From NCBI GenBank assembly GCA_016177265.1, contig JACOVP010000020.1:1-41238 (forward strand): DNA of 41,238 bases. The letters run 5' to 3'. Below, piece by piece: positions 8,043 to 16,763 of the stretch. Positions within the stretch are counted from its first letter, which is position 1; each line of letters begins with the position of its first letter. Position numbers and translations under genes: made by a program. This DNA comes from Candidatus Woesearchaeota archaeon (GTDB taxonomy: Archaea > Nanobdellota > Nanobdellia > SCGC-AAA011-G17 > UBA489). The notes beneath the pieces are model-generated. The model made no database searches. It was not told the DNA's origin and saw nothing but the letters and a program-made list of their open reading frames with translations.

Positions 8043-8618
8043 TCAGTCACACACGCTTAGGTTCTCGTTTAATTCATCTTCGATGCAATTTTTCCATTTC
8101 GCAATTTCACGTTTTTGGTCGCTCACCGTTTTTGTCAGGTTATCCAGCTCATCTCTTTTCGCCGCGATATCTGCTTCAAGCGTCTTGATCTCGTTTTTGA
8201 GATATTCAATTTCTGCTTCCAGTCTATCCTGATCCTTCAGAAAGTCTTTTTCTGATGTCTCTTTGTCCTTGAGGAGTGTTTTTGTCTCATTCAGGTCCTG
8301 GAGTTTTTCTTGCAGTTCAGTTTCAAGCGTTTCAAGTTTGTCAACTTTCTCTTGATACTCATCGTTAATGCTCGTAAATTGACTTCTGTAGTAGAAGCTG
8401 AGCACTATCAGGACAACAACACAGACCAGCAAGATGCCAATGAAAAGAAACTCTCTGCCGCTACGGAGTGGGGAATAGACGTTCTGATGCGAAGGGGTAG
8501 TTTTTGGCTTTAATGAGTCTGTAGCAACGTTCTCATGTTTCAGCTGTTCCAGAGCTCTAGTAACTTCCTCAAGCTTTTTTTGGCGGCGCTGTAACATATA
8601 GTCTTTGATAATGCCCAT
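8043..8618 (-). CDS. single-pass membrane protein with long extracytoplasmic coiled coil
   Basis: TM FLFIGILLVCVVVLIVLSFYY followed by a heptad-rich region (LETLETELQEKLQDLNETKTLL...EIEYLKNEIKTLEADI). Start set to ATG 8618, 22 nt from a minus-sense TATTTAAAT box (8641..8649); the track start is TTG 8627. Confidence 0.6.
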   Translation of the reverse strand: MGIIKDYMLQRRQKKLEEVTRALEQLKHENVATDSLKPKTTPSHQNVYSPLRSGREFLFIGILLVCVVVLIVLSFYYRSQFTSINDEYQEKVDKLETLETELQEKLQDLNETKTLLKDKETSEKDFLKDQDRLEAEIEYLKNEIKTLEADIAAKRDELDNLTKTVSDQKREIAKWKNCIEDELNENLSVCD

Positions 8619-8651
8619 AGCCTGCAAAACACCATTGCTTATTTAAATAGT

Positions 8652-11093
8652 TTATTGTCTTCCAGCCCTCCTCAGGTAGATTTCGAAGAGGAAAACAAGG
8701 AGTGCTAGGAGAATGAATGGCCAGCGATAGTACCAGCGCTTGAACACGGGTCGCTCTGCCTGTGTTTTCACTGCTGCAATGATTTCTGCAATCTGGTCTT
8801 CAGAAAACAGTTGGCCACCCGTTGCCTTCGTAATCTCTTCCAGCTCAGAGTTAAAACCAATCCCTTCTAGCTCTTTGTTATAGTTGACTGCAAACTCCGT
8901 GCCTAAAATGCTCTGGAATCCCAGCTGTGTTGGGGTGAGCATAGCAGCATATAACTGGTCATCCCGTTTGTAAAACGTCAATCCTTCAGCAATCGGTTGT
9001 TGTTGTGCCTTGACTTTTACTTCAGTGCTGCGCTTGATATTGGTGTCTTGTACTGAAACATAATACTCGCTTTTCCGCTCAGGATCGCCAATCAGCCAAT
9101 TCAATGTTCTGGTATAAAGCAAAGAATTTTCTCCATCGAGCAGTTCTCCCCCCCAGGCACTGCCATCATCCGTAGCCAAAATTCCCACACGGCCAACCCC
9201 ATAGCGCCACACAGTTAATAAGGGTTCTCCAGAGTCCGTTGCCACTAAATGAGACGCAGTAGACTTGGGGATAACATTGTTGAAGCCAGTCACGTGTGCA
9301 CTCAGTTCTAAATTTTGTGTGATGAAATGTCCTTCATCGAGAACTGTAGCAGTATAAGTATCTTTGTCATTATCTTTCTCTCCACCGCCAAAAAGAACTT
9401 TGACTTTCTGTGGCGTTTTTTCTCCAGTGAAGTAAGCTCCACCACCAGCTAAAGCTATACTCTTAATGGCATCGGGACCATACATTTCTGAAGGTTGGAC
9501 AATACAATCTCCGCGAGCATTGAAACGAATGCAAGCATTGCGATCGCCTACACCTACACCATAAATTTTAATGCCTTGTTCTTGTGCTGCAGCTGCTAAA
9601 GACTTTCCGTAACCAATACCCGCTGATCTTCCATCAGAAATAAAAATAATATTTTTGCCACCGGAAACACCTTCCAACATTTTGATAGCCGCTTCAAGAC
9701 CAATAGGAATATACGAGTTGCCATATTGAGGATCCAAACTACGAATTTTTTGCATTAAATCATCACGTTTATCTCCTAACGGAGAAATTTCTGATATAAT
9801 ATAAGGCTTGTCAACAAAACCAACAAAACCAACTTGACTACTGTCTCTGATATTTTCTATAACACTTAATGCAATAGCTTTTTGTACTTGAGCATAATAG
9901 CCTTGACCATAGGAGGTTTCCACAGAACTTCTAGACAGGTCAGTCGCTATAACAATATTCACCATGCCCTCCTCTTTTTCCTCTGCGACAGCAACAAACG
10001 CGGGCAGCAGCTCCTCCAGTTTTGTTCCCTTATAATCTCCCTTGTCAAACGACGCCTCTCCGCCTATAAACAAAACCCCATTGTCATCCGAGAGGTAGTT
10101 TTTGAGCAGGGGTAAATCGAGTTCTAGAGCGCCAAAGGGAATATTATCGATCACAGCAGCATAGAAACGATTTTTGTCAAGATTCTGGAGATTAGAAACG
10201 ACTTTTACATCATACAGTTGTTGTAGTAAGGGGAGCAGTGGAGATTCTTGCTGGGTAACGAAGAGCACGGATGGTTTCGGAATAACCTTAACTGTTTTAT
10301 AATACTTATTGTTCTCTGAAAAATAACCTTGTTCATTAAGGAGCGCAGTAATGCGGTGTGCTCCCTCAGAAAAGGTCTGGGAGAAAGAGAGTTCTCTGTC
10401 ACTAGTATACACATCAATAATCTTTTTGCCATCAATATCAACAAGCACATGTTTTGCTTCTTTCGCACCAGTCCCACGAACATAAACAGTGAAGAGATTC
10501 TTAATACCAGCCGACACTTTATCAGGGCCAGTAACTATAATGGATGCATCATGCTGCTGAGGGGGGAGCAGAAGCGCATGAATGGATGCATTGACTTTTG
10601 TTGCTTGTAACACGACGCTCTGCAACTCTGGGCCAACATTGTTGTACCCATCAGTGACAAGGAGGAGATTTTTTCCCTCCTGGAGTTGCTCAAGGAGCGA
10701 ATCACTTAATGGTGTCTTGCTCTCGTCACCAATAACCTGCTTGTGCACTTTGATGTAGTCAGAAAGGCGCTCTTCAAGTCGCTCCGCAGTTTGGGTGTCA
10801 AAGACCTGGAAAGACGTGGAATTGTCTGCAAGGAGCGTAAGAGAGTAATCCCCCTTGACGAGGCGCTCTCGCAGGACAAAAGGCGATGCCAGGGCTAAGA
10901 TAATGCAGAGAAGAATAATGCTTCTGGTCAATAGGATTGTTCTGCGGCGGCGTCGGAGAAGAGGGAGATGATCTGGATGTGAGCGAACAAACGTCAAGTG
11001 CAGCAACAGAAATACGAAAAGAAGAACAGGAATAATCCAGAGAAGCATAAGGGGATTTTCAAAATAATTGGCAATACTATTGAGTGACACCAC
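8652..11093 (-). CDS. large membrane-anchored protein with two vWA-like domains (Bat-like)
   Basis: N- and C-terminal TM helices. DxSxS MIDAS-like motifs LLADNSTSF and IATDLSRSS. IIFISDGRS, VLFIGGEASF. GTG start overlaps the upstream stop by 1 nt. Confidence 0.8.
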   Translation of the reverse strand: MVSLNSIANYFENPLMLLWIIPVLLFVFLLLHLTFVRSHPDHLPLLRRRRRTILLTRSIILLCIILALASPFVLRERLVKGDYSLTLLADNSTSFQVFDTQTAERLEERLSDYIKVHKQVIGDESKTPLSDSLLEQLQEGKNLLLVTDGYNNVGPELQSVVLQATKVNASIHALLLPPQQHDASIIVTGPDKVSAGIKNLFTVYVRGTGAKEAKHVLVDIDGKKIIDVYTSDRELSFSQTFSEGAHRITALLNEQGYFSENNKYYKTVKVIPKPSVLFVTQQESPLLPLLQQLYDVKVVSNLQNLDKNRFYAAVIDNIPFGALELDLPLLKNYLSDDNGVLFIGGEASFDKGDYKGTKLEELLPAFVAVAEEKEEGMVNIVIATDLSRSSVETSYGQGYYAQVQKAIALSVIENIRDSSQVGFVGFVDKPYIISEISPLGDKRDDLMQKIRSLDPQYGNSYIPIGLEAAIKMLEGVSGGKNIIFISDGRSAGIGYGKSLAAAAQEQGIKIYGVGVGDRNACIRFNARGDCIVQPSEMYGPDAIKSIALAGGGAYFTGEKTPQKVKVLFGGGEKDNDKDTYTATVLDEGHFITQNLELSAHVTGFNNVIPKSTASHLVATDSGEPLLTVWRYGVGRVGILATDDGSAWGGELLDGENSLLYTRTLNWLIGDPERKSEYYVSVQDTNIKRSTEVKVKAQQQPIAEGLTFYKRDDQLYAAMLTPTQLGFQSILGTEFAVNYNKELEGIGFNSELEEITKATGGQLFSEDQIAEIIAAVKTQAERPVFKRWYYRWPFILLALLVFLFEIYLRRAGRQ

Positions 11094-12883
11094 TATACTT
11101 CACCTCGGAATTTCATAAGAAGCAGTTCTAGGAGCAATAAAATGCCTGCAGCAAAAAGAATCAGTTTTTCAAGACTGTATTTTGATGTTTCTGCAAATGC
11201 AGTTTCCAGGGCAGATGATGCTAAAGAGGCTTCATTACTGACAGCATCAACATCGGATTCTGTCTCATCTGCTAGAGTAACAGCAATAATTTTCTCATCG
11301 ATGGTATAGAGACCAATTTCATCAAAGAGAACAGTCGTGGTTGTTAGTTTCTTCGATGGTGTTCTAATTTCTTTCTTCGATGGTAATGATAAGATGCTTC
11401 CACTGTCAACATTGAAGTCACTAAGAGTGCCCTGCCCCGCTAAGTAGCGTATGGCATTGGTCCAGAAAATCGGATAAGATGGCTGCAGTACAAAATCACT
11501 TTCCTCCTCAATGAGGCCATAGTAAATAATCTTGCCCATGCCTAAAGGATAAACAGTCAGCACAGAGGAATTATGCGCAGTTGCAAGTATCAACCCTTGT
11601 TCATTTTTGGTCGAGAAGTAACGGCGAACGTCGCCAAAGAGAATATCTTTCGTCAATTTTGTTAGTTGCGCGATTTCGACAATCGCATCGTATTCATAAG
11701 TAGACAGCTCAAGGGGGAGAAGTTCACCATAATCAATAACATTTGACGCTGGTTCTGCATGGATAACTAATCCTTTTCCTTCTTCAACTTCTCGAGTAAG
11801 TGTGGCAAGCACATCGTTTCCAATTTTTCCTTTAATGGTATGGAGCGCATAGACATCAAATGCTCCTTTCGGTAGGGTCCTTGTCGATGTCACGGTAACG
11901 TCAACTTTGCCAGATGACTGCAGGGCCGCCTTCAGATACTTCGATTCCTTGTCCGTAATCAAGAGCACAGAAATGCGCTTTCGTTCAGGAACGCTGAGGT
12001 AAGCAACATTATCCACAAGGAAATCATCTTCTTCTGCAAGGCTGACTTCAGTAACGCCAGTGTATGTTTTAAAGGAGTAGGGTTCAATAAACAGTGGTTT
12101 GATGGATACGCTTTTAGGTTCACCATTGACGGAAAATGCCACCTGCTCTTCACGGTCGCCATAATTCTTGAAATAGACTGTGCTTGATGATTCATCAACA
12201 CGCACATCAACAATGCCTATATTATGGTGTTGCTTCTGGTCTTTCACAGAAAGGAACTCGGGCACAATGTTTTTTGCTTGCAAAGCATTTTTTGCAGCTG
12301 CAATACTGACTCCTTCTGTCGGAATAAAGTCACTCACGACAAAAACCTGTGTGTCTTCTCCTTTGACATAGTTGCTTGCAAGGGCGAGCGCATCACCGAT
12401 ATTGGATCGACCAGCAGTGACCTTCAGATGTTTCAGAAATTGTGCAGCATCGCGTTTGGAAATATCTTCCGCACCAACACGAGGCGTATTGCTTATGAGG
12501 ATAAAGGTATTTGTTCTTCCTAGCCGTTCTTGCACGAGGTCAAGTGCCTCAGAAAAACGATCATCCACTTGCATGCTGGCGCTGACGTCAAGAACAAAGA
12601 CAGCATGATCAACCAAGATGTTACTGCCAAAACTAGTAAAGGGATCAACAAAATAGAGTGCTAGCAGACTAAGAATCAACAGCTGCAGCAGAAAAAAAAT
12701 GTCGAAGCGGAAGCGTTTCAGAAAGGAGCGTTCTTTGTCGACATACCGTGACTTCATAAAGAACATCAACGAAGGAACTTCCAGTTCTTGTGGCTTTGGT
12801 CTGATGAGGTAGAGAAGAAGAAAAGGAAGCAGACTCAAAAATGCAAGCCATCCTAAAGGATTTTCCCAGCCGAGCAAAACCAT
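11093..12883 (-). CDS. BatA-like vWA-domain membrane protein
   Basis: N-terminal Bat/aerotolerance-type double TM (NPLGWLAFLSLLPFLLLYLIRPK). MIDAS VFVLDVSASM, VFVVSDF. C-terminal TM. Confidence 0.8.
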   Translation of the reverse strand: MVLLGWENPLGWLAFLSLLPFLLLYLIRPKPQELEVPSLMFFMKSRYVDKERSFLKRFRFDIFFLLQLLILSLLALYFVDPFTSFGSNILVDHAVFVLDVSASMQVDDRFSEALDLVQERLGRTNTFILISNTPRVGAEDISKRDAAQFLKHLKVTAGRSNIGDALALASNYVKGEDTQVFVVSDFIPTEGVSIAAAKNALQAKNIVPEFLSVKDQKQHHNIGIVDVRVDESSSTVYFKNYGDREEQVAFSVNGEPKSVSIKPLFIEPYSFKTYTGVTEVSLAEEDDFLVDNVAYLSVPERKRISVLLITDKESKYLKAALQSSGKVDVTVTSTRTLPKGAFDVYALHTIKGKIGNDVLATLTREVEEGKGLVIHAEPASNVIDYGELLPLELSTYEYDAIVEIAQLTKLTKDILFGDVRRYFSTKNEQGLILATAHNSSVLTVYPLGMGKIIYYGLIEEESDFVLQPSYPIFWTNAIRYLAGQGTLSDFNVDSGSILSLPSKKEIRTPSKKLTTTTVLFDEIGLYTIDEKIIAVTLADETESDVDAVSNEASLASSALETAFAETSKYSLEKLILFAAGILLLLELLLMKFRGEV

Positions 12884-12936
12884 ATTCCTGTCGAGTGAGA
12901 GCTACTTTAAATAAGTTTGGGAGAAAAGAAGAAACG

Positions 12937-13212
12937 TTAGAGCAAATCCCGGATTTTTTCAATATGCTCTGCTATTCTTTGACCATTCTCTGTGAGTTTG
13001 ATAGTTTTAATGCGACCTTGCTTTTCAAAGTTGACCAGGTCAGCATCTTGCATTTGCTGTAAAATTTTAACCGCATGGGAGTAAGTGCAATCAACTTCTT
13101 TGGCAAGGACAGAACCGTAGCGATTTTTGACGCCGTTGCGTAAAGCGACTAGCATCATAGCTGGCTTTCGCCTGAAGAAAACCTCAAAAATGTCCTTGTC
13201 TTTCTTCTTCAT
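12937..13212 (-). CDS. winged-helix transcription regulator (ArsR/MarR-like), first gene of the vWA/MoxR operon
   Basis: 91 aa. YGSVLAKEVDCTYSHAVKILQQMQDADLVNFEKQGRIKTIKLTENG gives HTH plus wing. Same strand, 53 nt upstream of the BatA-like gene. Confidence 0.7.
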   Translation of the reverse strand: MKKKDKDIFEVFFRRKPAMMLVALRNGVKNRYGSVLAKEVDCTYSHAVKILQQMQDADLVNFEKQGRIKTIKLTENGQRIAEHIEKIRDLL

Positions 13213-13384
13213 GTATAACCCCCCGATGAGTGAAATACTGTCGGATAGAAAAATCCAGCATGATGAGCTATTTAAACTTTTGCTTTTGCTACATATATCT
13301 TTTAACAGAGAGGTTATAATATAGCAATAAAAGAATATACTAAAGATTATGACTTTTGCTTAATACTTTTGCACAAACACAACC

Positions 13385-13392
13385 TTTATATA
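13385..13392 (+). promoter_or_regulatory. TATA box of serS
   Basis: TTTATATA, 22 nt upstream of ATG 13415. Confidence 0.5.
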
Positions 13393-13414
13393 AATTCTTC
13401 TTGCTATCAAAGGC

Positions 13415-14698
13415 ATGCTGGACATCAAATTCCTTCGCGATAATCCTCAACTCGTGAAGGAGAACCTGAAAAAACGAGGTCAATCTGAAAAAATCCCCTG
13501 GGTTGATCAGCTCATAAAGGAGTACAAAGAATACCTAGATCTCAAGCAGGAAGCTGAACAATTACGGCATAAGCGCAACATCCTCTCTCAAGACATTAAT
13601 AAATTGCAGAAAGAAGGCAAAGACATCCAGGCAAAAGTCAAGGACGTTCGTGAAATTCCAGAGTTGATTAAGAAATTGGAAGGGCGGCAAGACCAATTAG
13701 AGCAAAGCATCAACACTAAACTGCTTAGTATCCCCAACATCCTCCATAAAGCTGTTCCTCTGGGCAAAGATGAGAAAGACAATAGAGTGATCAAGCGGTG
13801 GGGAAAACCCGTAAAACCGAAGTTTGAACTCATCAATCATGCAGAATTAATGGAGAAACTGAATCTCGCAGATTTTGAAACAGCGCGCAAAAATAGTGGT
13901 CAGGGATTTAATTATTTGATAGGTGCCATGGCATTGCTAGATTTGGCCATCCAGAGGTACGGTATGGAATTTGCCATCAGGAATAAATTTGTTCCTGTGA
14001 TTCCGCCCATGCTCCTGCACCATGAAGCATTGCTCGGTGCCTTAAGTGGACTAAAAGATTTCGAAGACGTCATCTACAAGATTGAAAAGGAAGATCTCTA
14101 TCTCATCGGAACTGCAGAACATCCCCTAGTAACCATGCATCGCGATAAAACATTCCAGGAGAAAGAACTGCCTTTGAAGTATTGTGCCGTCAGTCCTTGT
14201 TTCAGGAAAGAGATAGGCGGTCATGGTGTCGACATGAAGGGTTTGTTTAGGATGCACCAATTTAATAAAGTCGAGCAAGTGGTGTTTAGCAAGCCAGAAG
14301 ATTCCTATAAGCTCATGGAGTTCATGCAAAAAATAACTGAAAAGTTCTTCCAAAGCTTGAAGATTCCTTATCGAGTTGTCGAAATTTGTTCAGGTGATCT
14401 GGGTGCAAAATTCAGCAAACAATGGGATATTGAAGCATGGTTCCCACGGCAGAATGCCTATCGTGAAATCACATCAGCAGGCAATTGCACTGACTATCAA
14501 GCTCGGGCGCTAAACATTAAATACAGCAATAAAAAACAAGAAAAACAATATGTACATATTCTCAACAATACTATGGTAGCAACATCACGGGCTATGGTTG
14601 CTATTCTAGAGAATTATCAGCAAAAAGATGGTTCGATTAAGATTCCAATAGTCTTGCAGAAATATATGTTCGGCTTGAAAAAAATACCTGCTAAATAA
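13415..14698 (+). CDS. serS: seryl-tRNA synthetase
   Basis: N-terminal coiled-coil arm. Class II motifs FRKEIGGHG, FRMHQFNKVEQ, SAGNCTDYQARAL, TMVATSRAMVAILENYQ. TTTATATA 22 nt upstream of the ATG. Confidence 0.95.
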   Translation: MLDIKFLRDNPQLVKENLKKRGQSEKIPWVDQLIKEYKEYLDLKQEAEQLRHKRNILSQDINKLQKEGKDIQAKVKDVREIPELIKKLEGRQDQLEQSINTKLLSIPNILHKAVPLGKDEKDNRVIKRWGKPVKPKFELINHAELMEKLNLADFETARKNSGQGFNYLIGAMALLDLAIQRYGMEFAIRNKFVPVIPPMLLHHEALLGALSGLKDFEDVIYKIEKEDLYLIGTAEHPLVTMHRDKTFQEKELPLKYCAVSPCFRKEIGGHGVDMKGLFRMHQFNKVEQVVFSKPEDSYKLMEFMQKITEKFFQSLKIPYRVVEICSGDLGAKFSKQWDIEAWFPRQNAYREITSAGNCTDYQARALNIKYSNKKQEKQYVHILNNTMVATSRAMVAILENYQQKDGSIKIPIVLQKYMFGLKKIPAK

Positions 14699-14962
14699 TT
14701 ACGGTGCTACAACCTTAACACCGACGTGGAATTGGGCGCTGGCGCCTGCTTCTTGTTGGGCAGATTGATTTCGCTCTGTTTGTTCTACTAGACCTTGTTG
14801 CTGGACTACGGCATTCCCTGTCAAAGGAGTAGTCTGCTGTTGACCTTCACGAACAGCAAAGCCCGTCAGGGAACCGCTGGGGGAGTCAAAAGACTGAAAC
14901 AGGAGAAGAATGCCTGCAAACAAGAGAAGAGCTAGGCTGACATAGAGGAGTTCCCGAAACAT
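14699..14962 (-). CDS. small secreted/membrane protein, Gln-rich, hypothetical
   Basis: Signal-anchor LLYVSLALLLFAGILLLF. ATG 14962 preferred over track start TTG 14974 because a TTATATA box (14986..14992) is 23 nt upstream of the ATG. Confidence 0.4.
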   Translation of the reverse strand: MFRELLYVSLALLLFAGILLLFQSFDSPSGSLTGFAVREGQQQTTPLTGNAVVQQQGLVEQTERNQSAQQEAGASAQFHVGVKVVAP

Positions 14963-15010
14963 GGCATGAAACAAAAAAGAGAACCTTATATAGTTTCACC
15001 TTTTGTAAAT

Positions 15011-15295
15011 TACTTACTATAGACGTAAAAAAACTTATTTTATATGTGGAATACAATAAAAATACTTACTGAATACGAATAACTACTGCTAAAAATAAAT
15101 GGAATACATAAATAAACATACTATAGACGTAAAAAAACCTAATATAGCATAAAATCAAGAGTTAATTCCTTACTATAAACGTAAATTAACTGCCATATAG
15201 TGCTAGCAATCTTAAAATATACTTACTATTAACGTAATAATACTAATAAAAAGGGAAAAAAGAAGAGAATTTACCTACAAAACACGTAATTATAC
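15011..15295 (+). repeat. phased array of six 24-nt boxes, period 52-53 bp (candidate operator/iteron array)
   Basis: Boxes start at 15011, 15063, 15115, 15167, 15220, 15272. Sequences: tacttactatagacgtaaaaaaac / tacttactgaatacgaataactac / aacatactatagacgtaaaaaaac / tccttactataaacgtaaattaac / tacttactattaacgtaataatac / tacctacaaaacacgtaattatac. Confidence 0.8.
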
Positions 15296-15301
15296 ATAAT
15301 C

Positions 15302-15309
15302 TTTATATA
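15302..15309 (+). promoter_or_regulatory. TATA box of the HTH/surface-protein operon
   Basis: TTTATATA, 27 nt upstream of ATG 15337 and 6 nt after the last 24-nt box. Confidence 0.5.
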
Positions 15310-15336
15310 GAGGAACTAGCTCTCTCCAGCCGTTAG

Positions 15337-15897
15337 ATGGAAAGGCAACGCAGAAACCCACTCAGAAAGAAAGAGGCAGAACAGGAAAAGCCAGAGAGTT
15401 TTCTCAAGAAATTGCAGACTGAAGAGCGCATTACTCTAGAACGCATCAAGGAACTGCTCCATCTGCTCCGGGCAAAATACGCACTTACCACTAGGGAACT
15501 TATCCATTTGCTCGATGATAAGGATGTGCTTGTTCCCTTCTCTATCTTTACAAAAAAACTCAGCATCCTTGAAGCTATTGCAAAATATCTCAAGGAAGAG
15601 CTGCAATTGTCGTTTCATCAGATTGGTTCGTTGCTCAACCGCAATGAACGAAATATTTGGCACACCTACAGCAATACAAAGAAAAAATATGCTGCTCGCT
15701 TATCCATAACAGCTTCACGATATTTTTTTCCACTGTCTATTTTCCAAAATAATCTGAGCATTCTAGAAAATCTAGTTGTCTATGCGAAGGACGAACTCAA
15801 TTTGTCTTATCATCAAATTGCAGTATTGACAGAACGTAATGATCGTACTATCTGGACCATGTACCAACGTGCAAAGAAGAAGGTGGCGCAACAATGA
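15337..15897 (+). CDS. DNA-binding protein with two tandem sigma-70-region-4/LuxR-like HTH domains
   Basis: Internal duplication: FSIFTKKLSILEAIAKYLKEELQLSFHQIGSLLNRNERNIWHTYSNTKKK and LSIFQNNLSILENLVVYAKDELNLSYHQIAVLTERNDRTIWTMYQRAKKK. TATA 27 nt upstream. Stop overlaps the next start (ATGA). Confidence 0.7.
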   Translation: MERQRRNPLRKKEAEQEKPESFLKKLQTEERITLERIKELLHLLRAKYALTTRELIHLLDDKDVLVPFSIFTKKLSILEAIAKYLKEELQLSFHQIGSLLNRNERNIWHTYSNTKKKYAARLSITASRYFFPLSIFQNNLSILENLVVYAKDELNLSYHQIAVLTERNDRTIWTMYQRAKKKVAQQ

Positions 15898-16763
15898 ACG
15901 AGCAACTCCCGCGCTACAAGGAAGCACAGCAAGAGTTGATGAGGCAGATCCAGACGACGATGAAGAATAAAACTCTCTTGCAAGATACGTTGAAAGAATG
16001 GCAGGAGCAATTGAAGCGAGGAACAATAGATACTGCAACATACACAAACTCTATGCAGCAATTCCTGCAGGGAAGATCAGCAAATGAATGGAACAAAGTA
16101 TACGATGATCACGTCAAGAAATGCAACCAGGGATTGGTCTATTATGCAGAAAAGATCAATGAACTTGAAGCATCTGAAGAGACAAAAGGAAGCATCTGGC
16201 CAAAAGTTGGCATTGTAGCGGTTGCCTTAGTGCTCTTCTTTACCTTCCTAGCATTCAGTGATACGAAGATCACAGGTCTCTTTATTTTCGGGGAAGATGC
16301 AGGCAAGATAGTCTTTGAGGACGGATATACGCGAGAAGGAACGCGCTGGTCTGAAATCAAGGGAGACCATTATTATGAGCGTTGCCTCAAGATTAAGTCT
16401 GAAGCTGACTTCACTGCTGCTAAGGTTATGGGTAAAGTGACACGTGCAACTGAAGGGGAGAATATGCAATTTATATTAAGAAATGACAATAAAGGAGATC
16501 CCGCACAAGAAGTCGGTTCCTGTGAAGTGCGAAGCTATGAAGATGTTATAAAATCTTGTACTATAAAGAATTTAGAGCAGAACAAAGGAGATTATTGGGT
16601 TTGTGCGTCTCATCCGGAGGGAGATAAAGATCAAACCTATTTCACTATTGCCTACAGAGTTGGTGGAGAAAGAAAGACTGCATTATGGACAGGCAAAAGT
16701 TGGCAAAAGTTGGATAGATCTTCTTACACTATGAGGGTGCAGTTTATGAACGATGACGCATAA
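15894..16763 (+). CDS. single-pass membrane protein: helical cytoplasmic N-domain, TM, about 165-aa Cys-containing extracytoplasmic domain
   Basis: TM VGIVAVALVLFFTFLAF (about nt 16206..16260). Coupled to the HTH gene (ATGA) and overlaps the next gene by 11 nt. Confidence 0.65.
   Translation: MNEQLPRYKEAQQELMRQIQTTMKNKTLLQDTLKEWQEQLKRGTIDTATYTNSMQQFLQGRSANEWNKVYDDHVKKCNQGLVYYAEKINELEASEETKGSIWPKVGIVAVALVLFFTFLAFSDTKITGLFIFGEDAGKIVFEDGYTREGTRWSEIKGDHYYERCLKIKSEADFTAAKVMGKVTRATEGENMQFILRNDNKGDPAQEVGSCEVRSYEDVIKSCTIKNLEQNKGDYWVCASHPEGDKDQTYFTIAYRVGGERKTALWTGKSWQKLDRSSYTMRVQFMNDDA

Noticed and set aside
13276-13372. Three ACTTTTGC direct repeats (13276, 13352, 13365) between the wHTH gene and serS as operator sites
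   Set aside because: An 8-mer repeated three times in a 200-bp AT-rich spacer is weak evidence, and there is no dyad symmetry or regular phasing. Kept as a note only.
15011-15295. Could the 52-bp periodic boxes be a small or degenerate CRISPR array?
   Set aside because: The period (24-nt box plus 28-nt spacer) is shorter than typical arrays. The boxes are degenerate (only boxes 1 and 3 are near-identical). Some inter-box segments resemble each other (tggaatacaataaa versus tggaatacataaa). No cas genes or leader-like region are in the window. A protein-binding operator array fits better.
14699-16300. Recurring (I/L)TG(F/N/L/M) peptide after N-terminal TM segments (LTGFAV, LTGNAV, ITGLFI, LITGMP) as a processing motif
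   Set aside because: Too short and variable to separate from chance with four instances. Noted only as something to test proteome-wide.
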